The notes beneath the pieces are model-generated. The model did no database searches. It was not told where the DNA came from and saw only the letters and a list, made by a program, of their open reading frames with translations. 64,000 nt of DNA. Origin: Schmidtea nova (lineage: Eukaryota). Positions 1-12,825 of this stretch are shown here, one piece after another; the first letter of the stretch is position 1, and the number at the start of each line of letters is the position of its first letter. A program made the translations under genes and the position numbers. The stretch lies in the NCBI GenBank assembly GCA_044892505.1, contig CM097883.1, positions 306,714,001 to 306,778,000 of the forward strand, given 5' to 3'.

Positions 1-2330
1 TCAATGTGCAAAATGTCGAAGCGGGAGCCTGTGGGGAAAGGGGTGAGCGGTGGTTTGACATGTTTGTGAACTTTATGTTGCTGGCACCCTTGGCACTCAC
101 TTACCAATCGTTTGACGTCTTTGAATAGGGCGTACCAGATGACTTTCTGGCGTAGTAGTGCGTATGTCGATTTGATGCCAGGATCGTGTAGGTTATGAAC
201 TGCGAAAAACGCTTCTTTGCGAAGTGACTCGTGTAGTATGGGGCGTAGCGTGTTGTTAAAAGATGTGTCGTAATGTACACTGTCGATGAGCTTGTGGGAG
301 TTTTTGAAACTGGAAATTTCTTTCTCAGAAGGAGGCGTGGATGAAAGGATGTCTAGCGAGAAGATAGGAGAAAAATAAATTGAGGTTATGATCGCGCGTG
401 AAAGGCAGTCTGCAATGACGTTGTCACCTCCTGCTATGTGTTTGATCACGAATTCAAACGATGATAGAAACTCAAGTTGACGGAATACCCTATTCGATGG
501 ATTTTTCATGGTGAGGCAGTGTAGGAGAGGTTTATGGTCGGTGTATATTGTGAAATGTCTACCCTCTAGGAAGTGTCGGAAATGTTTAACGGCCAGCACG
601 ATGGCTAGTAGTTCTCTGTTGAAGGCACTGTACCTTGTTTCTGCTAATGAGAATTTACGGGAAAAGAATTCGATGGGACGGGAAACGTTGTCTTTAATTT
701 GGTGGAGAACGGCCCCGGCTGCTATGTCTGAGGCGTCGGTGGTTAGAGTGAATGGCAGGTCTTTATGTGGGTAATACAGCGTTGAGATATTAGTCAATGC
801 GTTTTTTACGTTGATGAAGGCCTGATCTGTTTCGTCGGACCATTTTATTATAGCCTTTTTGGGGCCGTGATTGAGTGCTGATAGTGGTGCGGCAATGCGG
901 GACGAGTTTGGGATAAATCTGTGGCAGATGTTTACAGTTCCGAGAAAGCTGCGAAGCTCTGTGACCGTGGACGGTTTGGGAAATGATCGGATAATGTCTA
1001 GCCTTTCTGGTAATGGTTCACATCCGTCTGCTGACAGTATGTGTCCTAGAAAACGGACGCGCGACTTGAAGAATTGACATTTATTAACGCTAATCTGAAG
1101 GTTATTTTTGTCGAGGACTTCAAAAACCTGTATTAACCTTCCTCAGCTCTTCGGGTCATTTTAACCCAAAAATGAATTAATTTTGCTCATAACATTATTT
1201 TTTACAAAAAAATTTTATTGTAAAATATTATTCAGAATGTTGAGTTTGCCAAAGATTTTAATTTTCAGATTAATCTGACATGTATTTTTCGAGATATTTG
1301 AGTTTGAAAATTTTACCATTTTTCTAGGAACCGAGGAAGGTTAAGTCTCTTGTGTGTGAGGACTCGTCAGTAGAAGCGACAATTATATCGTCTAGATATA
1401 CGAAGGTGTGGTTGAGATGTCGGAAGGTGATGTCCATGAAACGTTGGAGTGTTTGTGCGGCATTCCTAAGGCCGAATGGCATGAACAAGTATTCAAAATT
1501 GCCGAAAGGGGTAGTTACGGCTGTTTTGGAACGTCATCTGGATTTACAGGGAACTGATGAAATGCTTTGGCGAGGTCGATCGTTGAAAAGACTTTATTCC
1601 CCGAAAGACGTGAAAAGAGATCCTTAATGAGAGGCATAGGGTAGGCGTCATGAATTGTTACGCTGTTCAATGCTCGAAAATCACCACAAGGGCGGAAGGA
1701 GCCGTCTTTCTTTGTGACTACATGGATAGGGGAAGCCCATGGGGAGGAGGTGCGTCGAATTATGCCTTTGTCTTCGAGTTCGGAAAATTCTAGTTCCACG
1801 GCCTGTCGTCTATTAATAGTCAGAGGCCGGGAACAAGCGCTTTGTGGTGTGCACGGAACAGTGGTGATGAAATGGACGGATTCTTTGCTGGCTACGTGTG
1901 TGGTAGACTTGGTCAGAAGGTTCGGGAAATTTGTGGCGATGACTGATTCTACGTTGTCTGCTGTTAAAGTGATTGTTGTTTTTGGTGACACTATCGCGGA
2001 AACTGGATGAGGGAGTTGATACAGTTTTCTGTTTTTACAGTCGATTTTCACTTCTTCAGTTGTTAAAAAATCGAGGCCTAGAACTGAGAATGTTGTGTCG
2101 GCAATGTAAAATGAGTGAGAGAAGCGTTTAGAAAAGCCGGGAAGGCAAAATTTGATTGTTTTCGTGCCGGAGAGCATTATGTGCGTACCGTTTGCGGCTA
2201 TGGCGGAGGATGAGCAGGGTGTGTCTGCGGTGAAGGTGGTGGGTAGAATTGAATATGACGAGCCTGTGTCTATAAGGAATGTTATTGTGCGTTGCTTGGG
2301 TTGTCCGTATCTTCGAACAGTTCGGCGTTG
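1..2330 (-). pseudogene. pol: pol (protease-RT-RNaseH-integrase N-terminus), disrupted by frameshifts and a MITE
   Basis: ORF 1515-2177 holds the RT N-terminal motifs. The frame continues through YLDD and VNKCQFFK once the MITE is removed. Confidence 0.9.
1137..1340. mobile_element. piggyBac-type MITE (204 bp) inserted in the RT domain
   Basis: TTAA at 1133-1136 and 1341-1344 flank inverted termini CCTTCCTCAG / CCGAGGAAGG, with a subterminal GGGTCATTTTAACCC palindrome. Removing the element plus one TTAA restores RT: HTFVYLDDIIVASTDESSHTRDLIQVFEVLDKNNLQISVNKCQFFK. Confidence 0.9.
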
Positions 2331-2789
2331 ATGGTGAAATTTCCGGGAGTTTTGGTTAAAATTGGTGTGGCCAGGGTTGCCTTGTTTATGGTGGCGGTGG
2401 TAGTTGATGGTGGCTGTGGTAGGGTGTTCGTGTTGTCTGTGGGAATTTCGTCATGAGGAGGGGTGAGCGGTGTTTGTGGCGTTGATAGTAGAGCTTTTAG
2501 TGGTTTTATGAACGTTGATGTTGGTAATGATGCAGGCGGTTCTGAGTATGGTGTTTTTGTTATAGGTCGCGTTTGTGTTTGTGTTGTGCGGGTGTGCTGA
2601 GTGGTGTAGAGAGTTGAGCTGTGCGAAGTAATTGTCGTGTGTGGAGAGTAGTGGTCATGCCTGAAATGGTGTTTGCTGGAGGAGCTGATATTGTGTACGT
2701 TGGACGTGGTTTGCTGTGAGAAGAGGTGTTCACTGGCAGGAAGTCATCGGAGCATCCAGGAATATCCGACGACTCAGTTAGTTTTTTGC

Positions 2790-3907
2790 ATGATGGTAAC
2801 TGGTCGTGTGCCAAGTACATCCATCTATGCACGATTTGGCTTCGTTCTTGAATAGATGGTGGTAGATACAGATTGGAATGACTGGGTTATGAGGGTTGTG
2901 GTATTCGGAAGCGCAACCAATGCAGCATTTCTGTGCATGTTTTTTGAATCGGCTGTGGAAATAGCAAATTAGTGGTACGCTGCTACTGGGTTGTACGTTT
3001 TGTTTTGGTGTTACAGGTGGATGGTTGGGACGTTGTGCTTGCTGTAATGGAGGTGTATAGTTGGAATACTTTGCGACGTTGCGGACGTAGTGGTTTTCGG
3101 GTGAATGTGTTGCGTTGACAATGGGAGATGGCGGTGTGGGGTGTAATTATCAGCGTGCGGTTTATGGGGTTGAAGTGCGTAAATGCGATCAGCTATTTTA
3201 GCAAGATAGTGCGGGTCTTCAGAGTCTACCAATGCGAGGGAGGTTTGTAGATGATATGGAAGTGCGGAGAGGAATTGGTGTTTTAAGATTTGAGTGTTTT
3301 TGGACAGATCTGGAATGGCGGTGTCGTTGGAGCGGGCAATCTGTGCTAGGAACAGGCTTGGTTGTTGTCCTGCGTAATTTTGTGGTTCCAAAAGCTTTGT
3401 GAGAGCTTTAGTTTGTGATGAGGTGTATTTTGACACTATCAGGGATTTGAGATCATCGTACGGGTTGTCTGCGTAAAGCGCGTTGGCTATTTTCGAAGCA
3501 AGCTCGGCTATCAGCTCAGATGGTAGGCTGTCGAGTAAGTAATCGGCACGTGATTTCGGAAAGGAAGACGTGCGCGATTCGAAAATGCGGAACCACGACG
3601 AGGGTGTGCCGTTGGGATCCAAAAAGAACAAAATTGGGCGTGAAGTGGATGAATAAGGCGGTTCTGTAGTGGGTTGGACGCCTCCTTAAACGCGGCAATG
3701 AATTTCTATGATAGCATTAGGTGGAATGTCGGTGAGTGATGAAACTTGGAAACCGTTGTACGTCATGTAAAAATCATTCCTATTAATCAGATGAGAGGTG
3801 GCGATATCGGTGCGCAAATCCGTGAAAATGGGGATTTGGCGTGTTTTTTGGTTGAAGCGCGTTAGGACATATGTTGGGAAAGTGGCGAAAGAATCGTTGT
3901 TGTACAT
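2790..3907 (-). pseudogene. gag: gag with N-terminal ubiquitin-like domain (stop codon at 3686-3688)
   Basis: ORFs 3686-3907 and 3011-3631 are in one frame, separated by a TAA in ...IEIHCRV*GG. The homologous copy at 13700-13740 reads IDIHCRILGG. Confidence 0.8.
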
Positions 3908-4099
3908 GGTGGATTGAGTGGGTTTATTAGCATAGACTTTAATGGGAGAATATAAAAATTGTACAGCATAAAATTCTATAATTATAATAATTATTATATA
4001 TAATATTATGTAATTTAAAAGGAATGCGTATAATAAATAATTAATTAATAGTATAAATTTAAAATATGACTCGCCGTGTGGATGTTGAAGATTGATTAC

Positions 4100-4627
4100 T
4101 TAAGATTGATCATTGAAATATTTGTTTCTTTTGTTATTGCTATTAAATGGCCGATTATTGTAGGAGTTATGCCGATTGTGCTCGTTCGGTTTATTGAATT
4201 CCTGGTGGAAAGAACGCCGGTTTTTTTGATTCACATTGTTGGGCATCAGATTCATCATTGGCCGCGATTTGTGACAACTTGGATCATTATGTTCATTCAT
4301 TTGAGGTCTTTCTTGTCGGAAGTTCCCGGTTGGATTTGCAAATGGAATGTGAGAATTGGGAAATTTTTTGGTAGCCACTTCTCGTGGGTGGCATTTGGCT
4401 TTGCTTATTCAACTGAGCTTGTATGAATTGTAAAGAGCTATCTTCAGCGGAATTTTCTCTAAAACGATTGTTTATTGGAATTATTTGATTCATTTGTTGT
4501 GGTAATTGGTTCCTTTGTTGTGGTAATTGGTTCATTTGTTGTGGCAATTGGTTCATTTGTTGTGGTAATTGATTCATTTGTTGTGGTAATTGGTTCATTT
4601 GCTGTGGTGATTGGTTCATTTGTTGTT
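4100..4627 (-). other. Q/N-rich low-complexity ORF remnant (frameshifted), function unknown
   Basis: Overlapping ORFs 4293-4619 (QQMNQLP repeats) and 4100-4378 (N/R/H-rich). Confidence 0.4.
4485..4627. repeat. 21-bp tandem repeat, ~6.5 units (ttcatttgttgtggtaattgg)
   Basis: Units start at about 4489, 4510, 4531, 4552, 4573, 4594 and 4615. Encodes QQMNQLP on the minus strand. Confidence 0.95.
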
Positions 4628-5029
4628 TTGTAACCAGTCATGTTTGACTGTCATCAGGAGGATTTCTGACACCATTTTAGCAGCTGAAATAAGACAAAAT
4701 AACACTAGAAAATAATTAAACATTTTATTTAAATTCCAATGTAGTTGTTGTCTGGAAACTGATGATCTGTTATTTTGCTTCATAATTTGATGATTCATTA
4801 TTTTGCTTTTGAAATTGATGATTCTTCGTTTTTGAAATAGAGGGGAAAATGTTTACTGCTATGAATTATATATTTTTTTTGATTGATATTTTCTTCTTGC
4901 TTGGTATTTTTTGAATCAGAGAGAAAAGTGCGTTTTTTGGTGATTTAAACAATCCCAGTTTATTTGTATATATAAATTAATATTTGATTTTAATATATAT
5001 AATGATATAATATTTAATTAAATTTCTAT

Positions 5030-5166
5030 NNNNNNNNNNNNNNNNNNNNNNNNNNNNNNNNNNNNNNNNNNNNNNNNNNNNNNNNNNNNNNNNNNNNNNN
5101 NNNNNNNNNNNNNNNNNNNNNNNNNNNNNNNNNNNNNNNNNNNNNNNNNNNNNNNNNNNNNNNNNN
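5030..5166. other. Assembly gap (137 N)
   Basis: Run of n characters. Confidence 1.
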
Positions 5167-6900
5167 TTTTAGTATTTATAATATTTATAATTTTTCATAT
5201 ATAAATTTTAAATTTCGAATTTTATAAAATAATAAACAAATTTTTGATTTATAATTTTTATAATAATAAAAATTTTAATTTATAATTTTACATTCCAATA
5301 TAAGTCTTGATTTATAATTTTTATATTTTAGGAAAATTTTGATTTATAATTTTTATTTTTTAATTTTTTACATAATATATTATCTATAAAAGTTAATTCC
5401 ATTTTTATAACCCAATTCTTTTGGCGATCTTGAGTACTCAAAATTCTAGATCCAATTTTTAGAAGTTTTTATCAATAAGGTTTGCGATTTAGAATATAAA
5501 TTCTACGGAAGATTATCAGGTTTAATCTGCGGACATAATTCGACACAGCATTTCTACTACCCTTCAGGTGGTCATTTACAAGATTTTCATATCTTTGACT
5601 TTCTAATCGACGTTCTTTGAGCGAAAGTGATTTACGAGATGAATGTATATCTTCAATTTATTTTTATCATGTTCGAACATATATGTAGTTGTGAGATTTA
5701 ATATAAATAAAAATAATTACAATATTATAAATAAAATATTCATTTGCGTCTTTGAATACTATATCGCACTTTAAAAAATGTAATAGGATTCTAGACGTTA
5801 AGTTTTGAAAAAGATCCTTGCCCTTGGCCAAGCCACTGTTCCTCATTATGAGATGAAGTGATCATAGATGAGTGGACCTCACCGACGGCGGAAATTTGGG
5901 CTGGCCAGTTACTAACCGAACAGCGATCCACCTAGGCTACTTCCATCAGTACAAGTGCGAGGCCGGACTGATGTCAGAAGGTATGAAAGGGGTTTTAATA
6001 TAAAAAATATATAGATATGCATGTGATAAATAAATAAATAACAATAAAATGATATCAGTTTATTAGAAAATGTGACAAAAATTAAAATGCGAATTTGACT
6101 AGAAATATTATAATTTTCCAAAAAGAATACATATCAAATTAGATCATATAATAATACATAGATGAAGGTTAAAATAAATCAAAATACCTATGGCCGGGTA
6201 GCTACGGCATGATCTTGTGGGCCTTAACAATTCGGAAACAAAATCAAGATTCTTACAAAATGATTTGATCAATGGCTGCAAGTAGCCTTCTTCTCGTATT
6301 ATTTTGGGTAGAGTTCTATTGAGTTATACTGATACACTAGTTGGCAGTAAGAGATTATTTGTTAAATTTCCCTGCTAAAAACCTCAAAATTTTTAGCAAC
6401 AAAATTCCGGTGAAAATTCTGCAAAATTCTGCAACAAATTCTGATAACTTCCATTCTGATGGCAGTATTTATATAATTTTCTGCACGTTATTTCGATTGA
6501 TGTATTAAACCAAATTGTTCCAGAAGGAATTTTCGATTCTTTCAAAATTAAATTTAACAATTTTACACAAAACCAAATTAATATTTTTGCATAAAATTTT
6601 AATAAAACTTTATATAATTTATTTTTAATCCAAAAGTTTACTTTTGAATCAAAACTTTTCTAATTTAGTTTTATTTGTTAAATTTTTAACTAAAACAATT
6701 TTCTTTCATCTTTTTATGAATTTTTAAGATAAAAATCGAAATGTACATCGAAAGATACATATTTACGAAAAATGTCTAAACAGAAATTTTCTTTGATTAA
6801 AAAATCGAAAACGCATAGTAACTTTACTTACATATATAATGCTAAATTACAATATAATGATAATAACGTGCAATAGTAAAAATTTGCATTGGGTTTAGGC
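5167..6900 (+). repeat. Copy A of a multi-kb dispersed repeat (decayed unknown gene or element)
   Basis: Reverse-complement similarity to ~21780-22700 and ~59200-60400. Example: 5760-5850 vs 21845-21940 share aacgtctagaa.cctattacatttt and gacgcaaatgaatattttattt. Encodes PCPWPSH at 5816-5836. Boundaries are approximate. Confidence 0.75.
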
Positions 6901-8404
6901 CGGAAATCATAAAAGTGAATATTATAACATTCCATATATTTCCTAATAGTAGGATCTAAATGACATCGCAAATTCATCTTGACATGGTATTTTCTGTCCG
7001 ATCACAGTAATAATTCCAGTGTTAATCGTTTCAATCTTCCCTCTGTGAAAACATTCCGTTTGTGGAAAATCGATAGGGTTTGACGTTATTTCGGGTGAAA
7101 TATGAGAGAGATCATTCATAGAAACTTTTGTGGACACATCCAAAGTCCCAAGTTAGTCGAACAAAGTATAGACAGGCTGATTGATATACTTCGAGAGGAG
7201 ACTGCCAAAAGGCACTCATAGAAATCAGTGGGTTAAATCTCCAGGGGAAATGTAATTTTTGAAAGCAAAACAATGAATTAATCAGAGGAAATTGGATTGG
7301 AATCTTCCCGTTGACTGAATATTTGTGCGAGAGATCTAAATTAAAAAATTAACAACACCACCAAGTAAAGTCGTACTAACGATCATCGTAAAATTGGGTA
7401 TGAACTAGGCCGTTTGAAATTCCTCTTGAAATCTAAAAATCTAAAAATAAATAAAATCAAGAACTATAATATAATTAAATTTCACCATATTAGGAAACGA
7501 TCAAAAAAATTGCGAGTTGTCAAAATCTGGACGAAAATCCAAAAACACTTTTTATATAGATTTATTCTACTATATTACTGGTAATTAAATGGGGTGGTCT
7601 AGATCTTCAATTTACTAATTTAAATAAGGTTTAAGGACATTTTAGCAATCCCACATAAATTAAAAATAGAAAATATAAGACCCAAATTATAGCATTTACT
7701 GTATAACAACTGTTGCCCTTGCCGACGCCTCGGTGCCAATTTAAAATTTTTAAGTTTTATTTAAATTTAATGTAATGATAAAATCAATTTTACCGTTTTA
7801 CTACAAGGAGACCCATGCCTAATTGAAAATTTTTCACTAAATTAAAAGACATAAAATCTAAAAACTTCCTAATAATAAAATTAGTCTGCAGTAAACAAAA
7901 GTAACAGTAAAATTTCGGCAAATAGCGAGAGTTTTCAATGTCAATGGACCCCGAATTGAATTCTTATAATATGTTTGAGTATGATTTTGTGAATAAAACG
8001 AATACATGGACCATGTTTTGCGTATTTGTGTGATATGACACGTACCAGTTGAATGGAATAATTGATTTTTGATTTGTTTTGTCCTTAAATTGTTAAGATT
8101 GAGTAGAATATTTATATTTAAGACGCCACAAATCGGTTAGAATTGAAACCAGATCCGAATTGGAGACTGATAACGACAAAGGCAGAAAAATCTTGAGAGA
8201 ACTCTTTGACACCCTGGCATTTTTAAGAATGTACGAAGTAATGTTATTTTGCCCGTGGCTAATATATGTATACTTAGATATAATCCTGAAGTGATATATC
8301 AAACTGCTTGTATTTTGTTGTTTACGATGTTTGATTTGAATAAATTAATAAATTCTTATTGATGTATTTTTTTAATTTTAAATTGCTGATTAAAATGAAT
8401 ATCC

Positions 8405-8660
8405 GTAGATAAATCGTTGAAATAATGGACAAAATGGGCATTAAACCTTCTATCGGTAGCCCTTGAACCCATTGTGATGTTCGGTCAATCATAGTTTCGA
8501 TTTTTTGACAGTCACTGTTTGCGGACATCCACCAATTTGTTTCATTACCTACGTTACATTGTAACGGGCAACAAGATGGTTAAAGCTAATGTTTTATTTG
8601 TTGAGTTGTTGATGATGAGCCATAAACGTCAAGGTTATATTGACAATCAACAACCCACCA
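8405..8660. repeat. ~230-250 bp dispersed repeat, copy 1
   Basis: Shares accttctatcgg.agccctt, caatcatagtttcga, gcaacaagatggtt and aacgtcaagg.tatattgac..tcaacaaccca with 17452-17667 and 24630-24883. Confidence 0.85.
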
Positions 8661-9176
8661 TTATAGAAGTAAAATAAAAGTATTTAGGACGAGATTATGA
8701 GTTGACTCAAAGTGATTTATCTATTAGCAACCGGTCTGAGTAAACCACCAACCACAAATCGACAACATTTATAAAAGGTTCGTTTAGTGGGTGTAATGCA
8801 TAACAATTATACCTTACTTTAAAATATCTTAACTTTAATATATTAAATGATGTTGCGTGTATTAAATATTTATAAAATCATTTATGTTTACAGATATTTT
8901 TTCTAGATAATAAACATAATAACAGAAAAGCAAGTCAGAACCATAACAAAATTAGGAAATACTTTGACAATTACTTAACATTTTTCATGATTAATTATAT
9001 AGTGAATCTTAGAAAAAATATTTTAGTAAATAATATGTAGAGTAAAAAGAAAGTTAAATTATTTCTAAACCGAAACTACTAAATTATAAGACTCATTGCC
9101 ATTTTCGCATTTTGTTTAAATTTATGTAAATTGTTGATATTTAAATCGTTATTTATCTGTCTCATTAATTATATTA

Positions 9177-10313
9177 ATGGAAGTCACGAGTACTAATAAA
9201 GACACTGGTAATAAACATTTTAAATTTAAACGAATTTAATATTAAAAAAAAATAAATATAGAGGAAGTTGTTGCCGAAAATTTGCCTACCGAAGAGAGGT
9301 TATCAAAATTAAAATAAATAATTAAAAATTTATTCTTAAACAGTGCAAAAGAAGTCGTCGAATCAGAATGTTTTGATAATGAAACAGAAAAAATTCCCAC
9401 TGAAGAAAATTTTCAAATAAATAACAGTATCGACTATGAAGATGATGATTCTGGTGATGATTTTGCTGTTATTACTAAAACATCTGGAGCTAATGATTCC
9501 AGGTATTTTTTGATAAATAATATTGCTAATTTATCTGTTTTATATAAAGTCCAGCAAAAACTATGTTTAGCATCAAAACAATATCAAATTCACAAATGCA
9601 AAGTAATAATAAAATGGATAATTTTAATAGCAATTAATAAAATGTAGACAATTATAAATTATCCAAAACAGCAGTTGATCTCGACCACCCTGGCAATATT
9701 AACGGCGTTCCAACGATTGACTATGATCTAAGTAAACTAGTTGATGAGTATAAACCATGGAAAAAGCCAGGCGCTGATGTCAGTGATTATTTTAATTACG
9801 GCTTTACCGAGGAAACTTGGCTACTTTATTGTGAAAAACAGAAAACATTGAGATTATCTCAGGAAAATTCAGCATTAAAAACGGTAAATTTTCAAGCCTT
9901 TCTAATTATTGAAATAAATAAAAGATACGTTTATTTTTCATATTAATTGTTATTTTTAATTAAAATTATTAATAATTAGTTAATTTATTCGATTATTTTA
10001 TAAATTAATTGTATTTAATTATGATTTTTTGTTTGGATACTAAGGTAAATCGTACATAACTTTTTGATAATAGCATAAAGGTGAATTTACTTCTTAATGG
10101 CTTTGTAATATACTTCTCTCCGACCGAGAAGAGGATAATTTTTTAACATAAAACATAGGTTTGAAATATATTAACGATATTTCCAAATAGTATATTTATT
10201 TTGAATATTTTTGGTCATACTATTTAATAATGTATGAAATTATCTTTTACCTTCATTTCCATTAAATCGTTGATTTCTATATGATGCAGGATGCGCAGGG
10301 TATTTTAGGAGAG

Positions 10314-10379
<66 letters not shown>

Positions 10380-12825
10380 CTTTGTTATTGAAGGATTCTA
10401 TAAGGACAAGAAATTATTTTTTTTATTATTTTATCCAACAAAGCCGCCTCCAGCTTCAATAATTGATTCTGTGTGACATTGGAATCGTCTACATGTATGA
10501 AATACATGATCATATTGGATATCACCTCTCTCAACAGCGCTCCACACATATTAGTCATTTTTATTGAGGTATGGGGGTTATGGGGCCAAATATTAGAGGT
10601 TATTTGGTCGTGCAAGTCTTTAGCCATCCGCTCCTACGTTACCTGAGGTTTGTGTGATGATTTTGAGTCTTGCTTAAGAACTGAACCCTTTTATTTTGTA
10701 CACAGTCAATTGTAGCCAGCAGAGTTAACTCATTGTGTATACGAATGAGAAGGCATCACGCGCCCTTCATTGTTGACCATACCTAAAACCATGACAGTTG
10801 CTAGGAATTTGGTGCGCATAACATTTGGAACTTTAGAAGGGTTTTTACATAACCATCTGTCATTCCACCTGTTTACTTTCTGATCTTTGTCAAATTTTTA
10901 ATTTGGTTTAAGAGCCTTTTAGATCTGATTACGCGATTTTTTTTCTTTTTCTGACATAAATTGTCATTTTCTCACCACAAAGGACGTATATCTGATCTTT
11001 CATGGACAACATTGTTGATTGTTTCTCCTGTGGCATGGAAATATTTTACAAGTGATCATGTGGATAAATTCAGATGTTCTCATGATGCCAGGGCGTTTGG
11101 TGTGCATTTCACGCCTTGTTACTTGAGATAAGTTTCCATCTACTGCCTGTAACTCTTTGTGAATTTTGTAGACGAAAGATCTGGAGACAAATAAAAATCT
11201 AGAAATTCTTTAATCGCTTTCCTCAGCCTCCTTTAAAGCCGCAAATACATCACGCCATTTCATCCCTCGAGTAAGCTGAGTGTCTACATCCCAACTCCAG
11301 TAAGAAATCGTCGTTTCAATATCGTATTTGAGCTTTCTTAATCAGTATGAATACTTCGATACTATTGATTGTTAAGTGCTAAAAATGTGTTTGTTTGTAA
11401 AAAAAATCACGGTTTTTCACAAGAATACTAAGATTTTTCAGGACATTTGTTCGATGTTGGTATAGGGTGGATTGTTGACCCGGTTAATCATGTTGCGGTT
11501 TCACGATTTTATAATTATAAATAAATTCTATTGCATCTTAAATTTCAAGTAAAAATCAAATTAGACTGGCAGAAGCGGTTTATCTGACGTAAAAAATCTC
11601 ATTAAAAATAAAATATTGTTCATAGCTGAGTGGGCTGCAAAATTTCGGCTACCCGTTAAGTGGCAGCCACATCCACCTCGGGTTCAATAGGACGAATCAC
11701 AAAAACAATAAAGGCGGACTGATCGATGTGATTGGCAGTCAGCAGAGTGAATACAAAAACAAACACAACGAAATGAATATGAGCATGGTGAACAAAATAT
11801 CAACTATCCCAGTGCAGACGGGAAATGTAAATGTAGGCCCAAACCAAACCAGCAATTACATGTCGGGTAGAATTTGTTGACAATAGCGATCTGTTTCCCT
11901 TAATATTCATCTATTTCTACACCACTGTGTAGGGCTGGCCAATCAGGCAATCAATAACACCATATTGAACCCGATAATGTCTGCTGCCATGGCAATGGGA
12001 ATCCTTCCCGGTGCTGGCAGTGTCCAGGTTCTCACAAATCAACCGAATGCCCCAATCGATTCCAAAATGTCCCAGTATAATAATAACATGGACGGAGGCG
12101 TACGCAACAATCACAACTACAATAGCGGGGTCAGTGGCCAAGGCAACTGGAGCAATCAAAACTTTGACCGGTCGAATAGTGTTGATTCAATGCAGTAATC
12201 TTATTAATATCTATCGATTTGATTGATGGTGCGACTTGTCTAGTTCCCACGAGGATTACGACCGGAAGCCTTACATGAAATCGGAACGAAGCAGCCGTCG
12301 AAGTGAACATGAGGAATCTCGGCGTTACAAGTCCAGAGAACGTCGAGATAGAAGGTGAAATGATGATGATAAAAATTTTATAAAAATTAAATCTATTTAT
12401 TTCAGTTCCGAAAGACGCCGCCGGTCCCGAACGAGGAGCAGAGAAAGAGTTCACGCAAAGCACGAGAGAAAGTAAATAAAAAGCAAATTTCAATCATAAG
12501 ATTTAGGAGAACAATTAAAAATGAATTTCTATCATTCAGGCGAAATCGCACTCCGGAAGAGAACCGTCGGCACAGGAAGCACAGTCGCGACCGGCATTCA
12601 TCGGGAGAGAGTGATCGGAAACATCGTCGACATCGGTCCGGTAAACGCCACCGACAATCGCGGTCGCGGTCCTATGAGAATCGGAAAGACCGTCATCAGC
12701 GGAGACACAAATCCCCGGGAGAAGAATCAGGGAAATATAAGGGTTTCAAGGAGGAAACTGACAAGAACGAAACCAATACCGAGAGTAATGTCAAACGGGA
12801 ATTGGAATATCCTAATGCAGATTGA
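9177..12825 (+). CDS. FIP1L1: Pre-mRNA 3'-end-processing factor FIP1, 10 coding exons: 9177-9207, 9262-9298, 9344-9502, 9550-9602, 9648-9883, 11626-11866, 11933-12194, 12244-12354, 12406-12471, 12540-12825
   Basis: Diagnostic Fip1 motif [31 protein letters not shown], an acidic N-terminus and an RS/RE-rich C-terminus. All nine introns are GT-AG and phases are consistent across exons. AATAAA ~25 nt after the TGA. Confidence 0.93.
10315..10376. repeat. (TA)n microsatellite
   Basis: About 31 TA units. Confidence 0.98.
10380..11290 (-). mobile_element. Decayed Tc1/mariner-superfamily transposase (maT/DD37D-like) in Fip1 intron 5
   Basis: Fragments [69 protein letters not shown] and a degenerate WPxNSP region (IWPHNPH). 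Multiple frameshifts. TIRs not resolved. Confidence 0.82.

Larger units (their letters stand above)
1..3907 (-). mobile_element. Decayed Ty3/Gypsy LTR retrotransposon, gag-pol region, running off the left window edge
   Basis: Minus-strand translation gives, in order: gag (PSSWFRIFE...NPYDDLKSLI...QQPSLFL), two CxYH...C..GC motifs (~2800-2970), protease (FLIDTGSSYSIL ~2250-2290), RT (ASPIHVVTKKDGSFRPCGDFRALN; YLDD ~1380-1400), RNase H (DASDIAAGAVL ~710-740; GDNVIADCLSR) and the start of the integrase Zn finger (HPGIKST...CQGCQQHK). Several stops and frameshifts. No LTR identified. Confidence 0.93.

Noticed and set aside
4459-4641. T/N/E/P/I repeat ORF (TTNEPI)
   Set aside because: Alternative frame of the 21-bp repeat with no independent support.
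1-5029. LTR for the left Gypsy copy
   Set aside because: No TG...CA repeat or PBS was found. The 3' part is outside the window and the 5' side is near an assembly gap.
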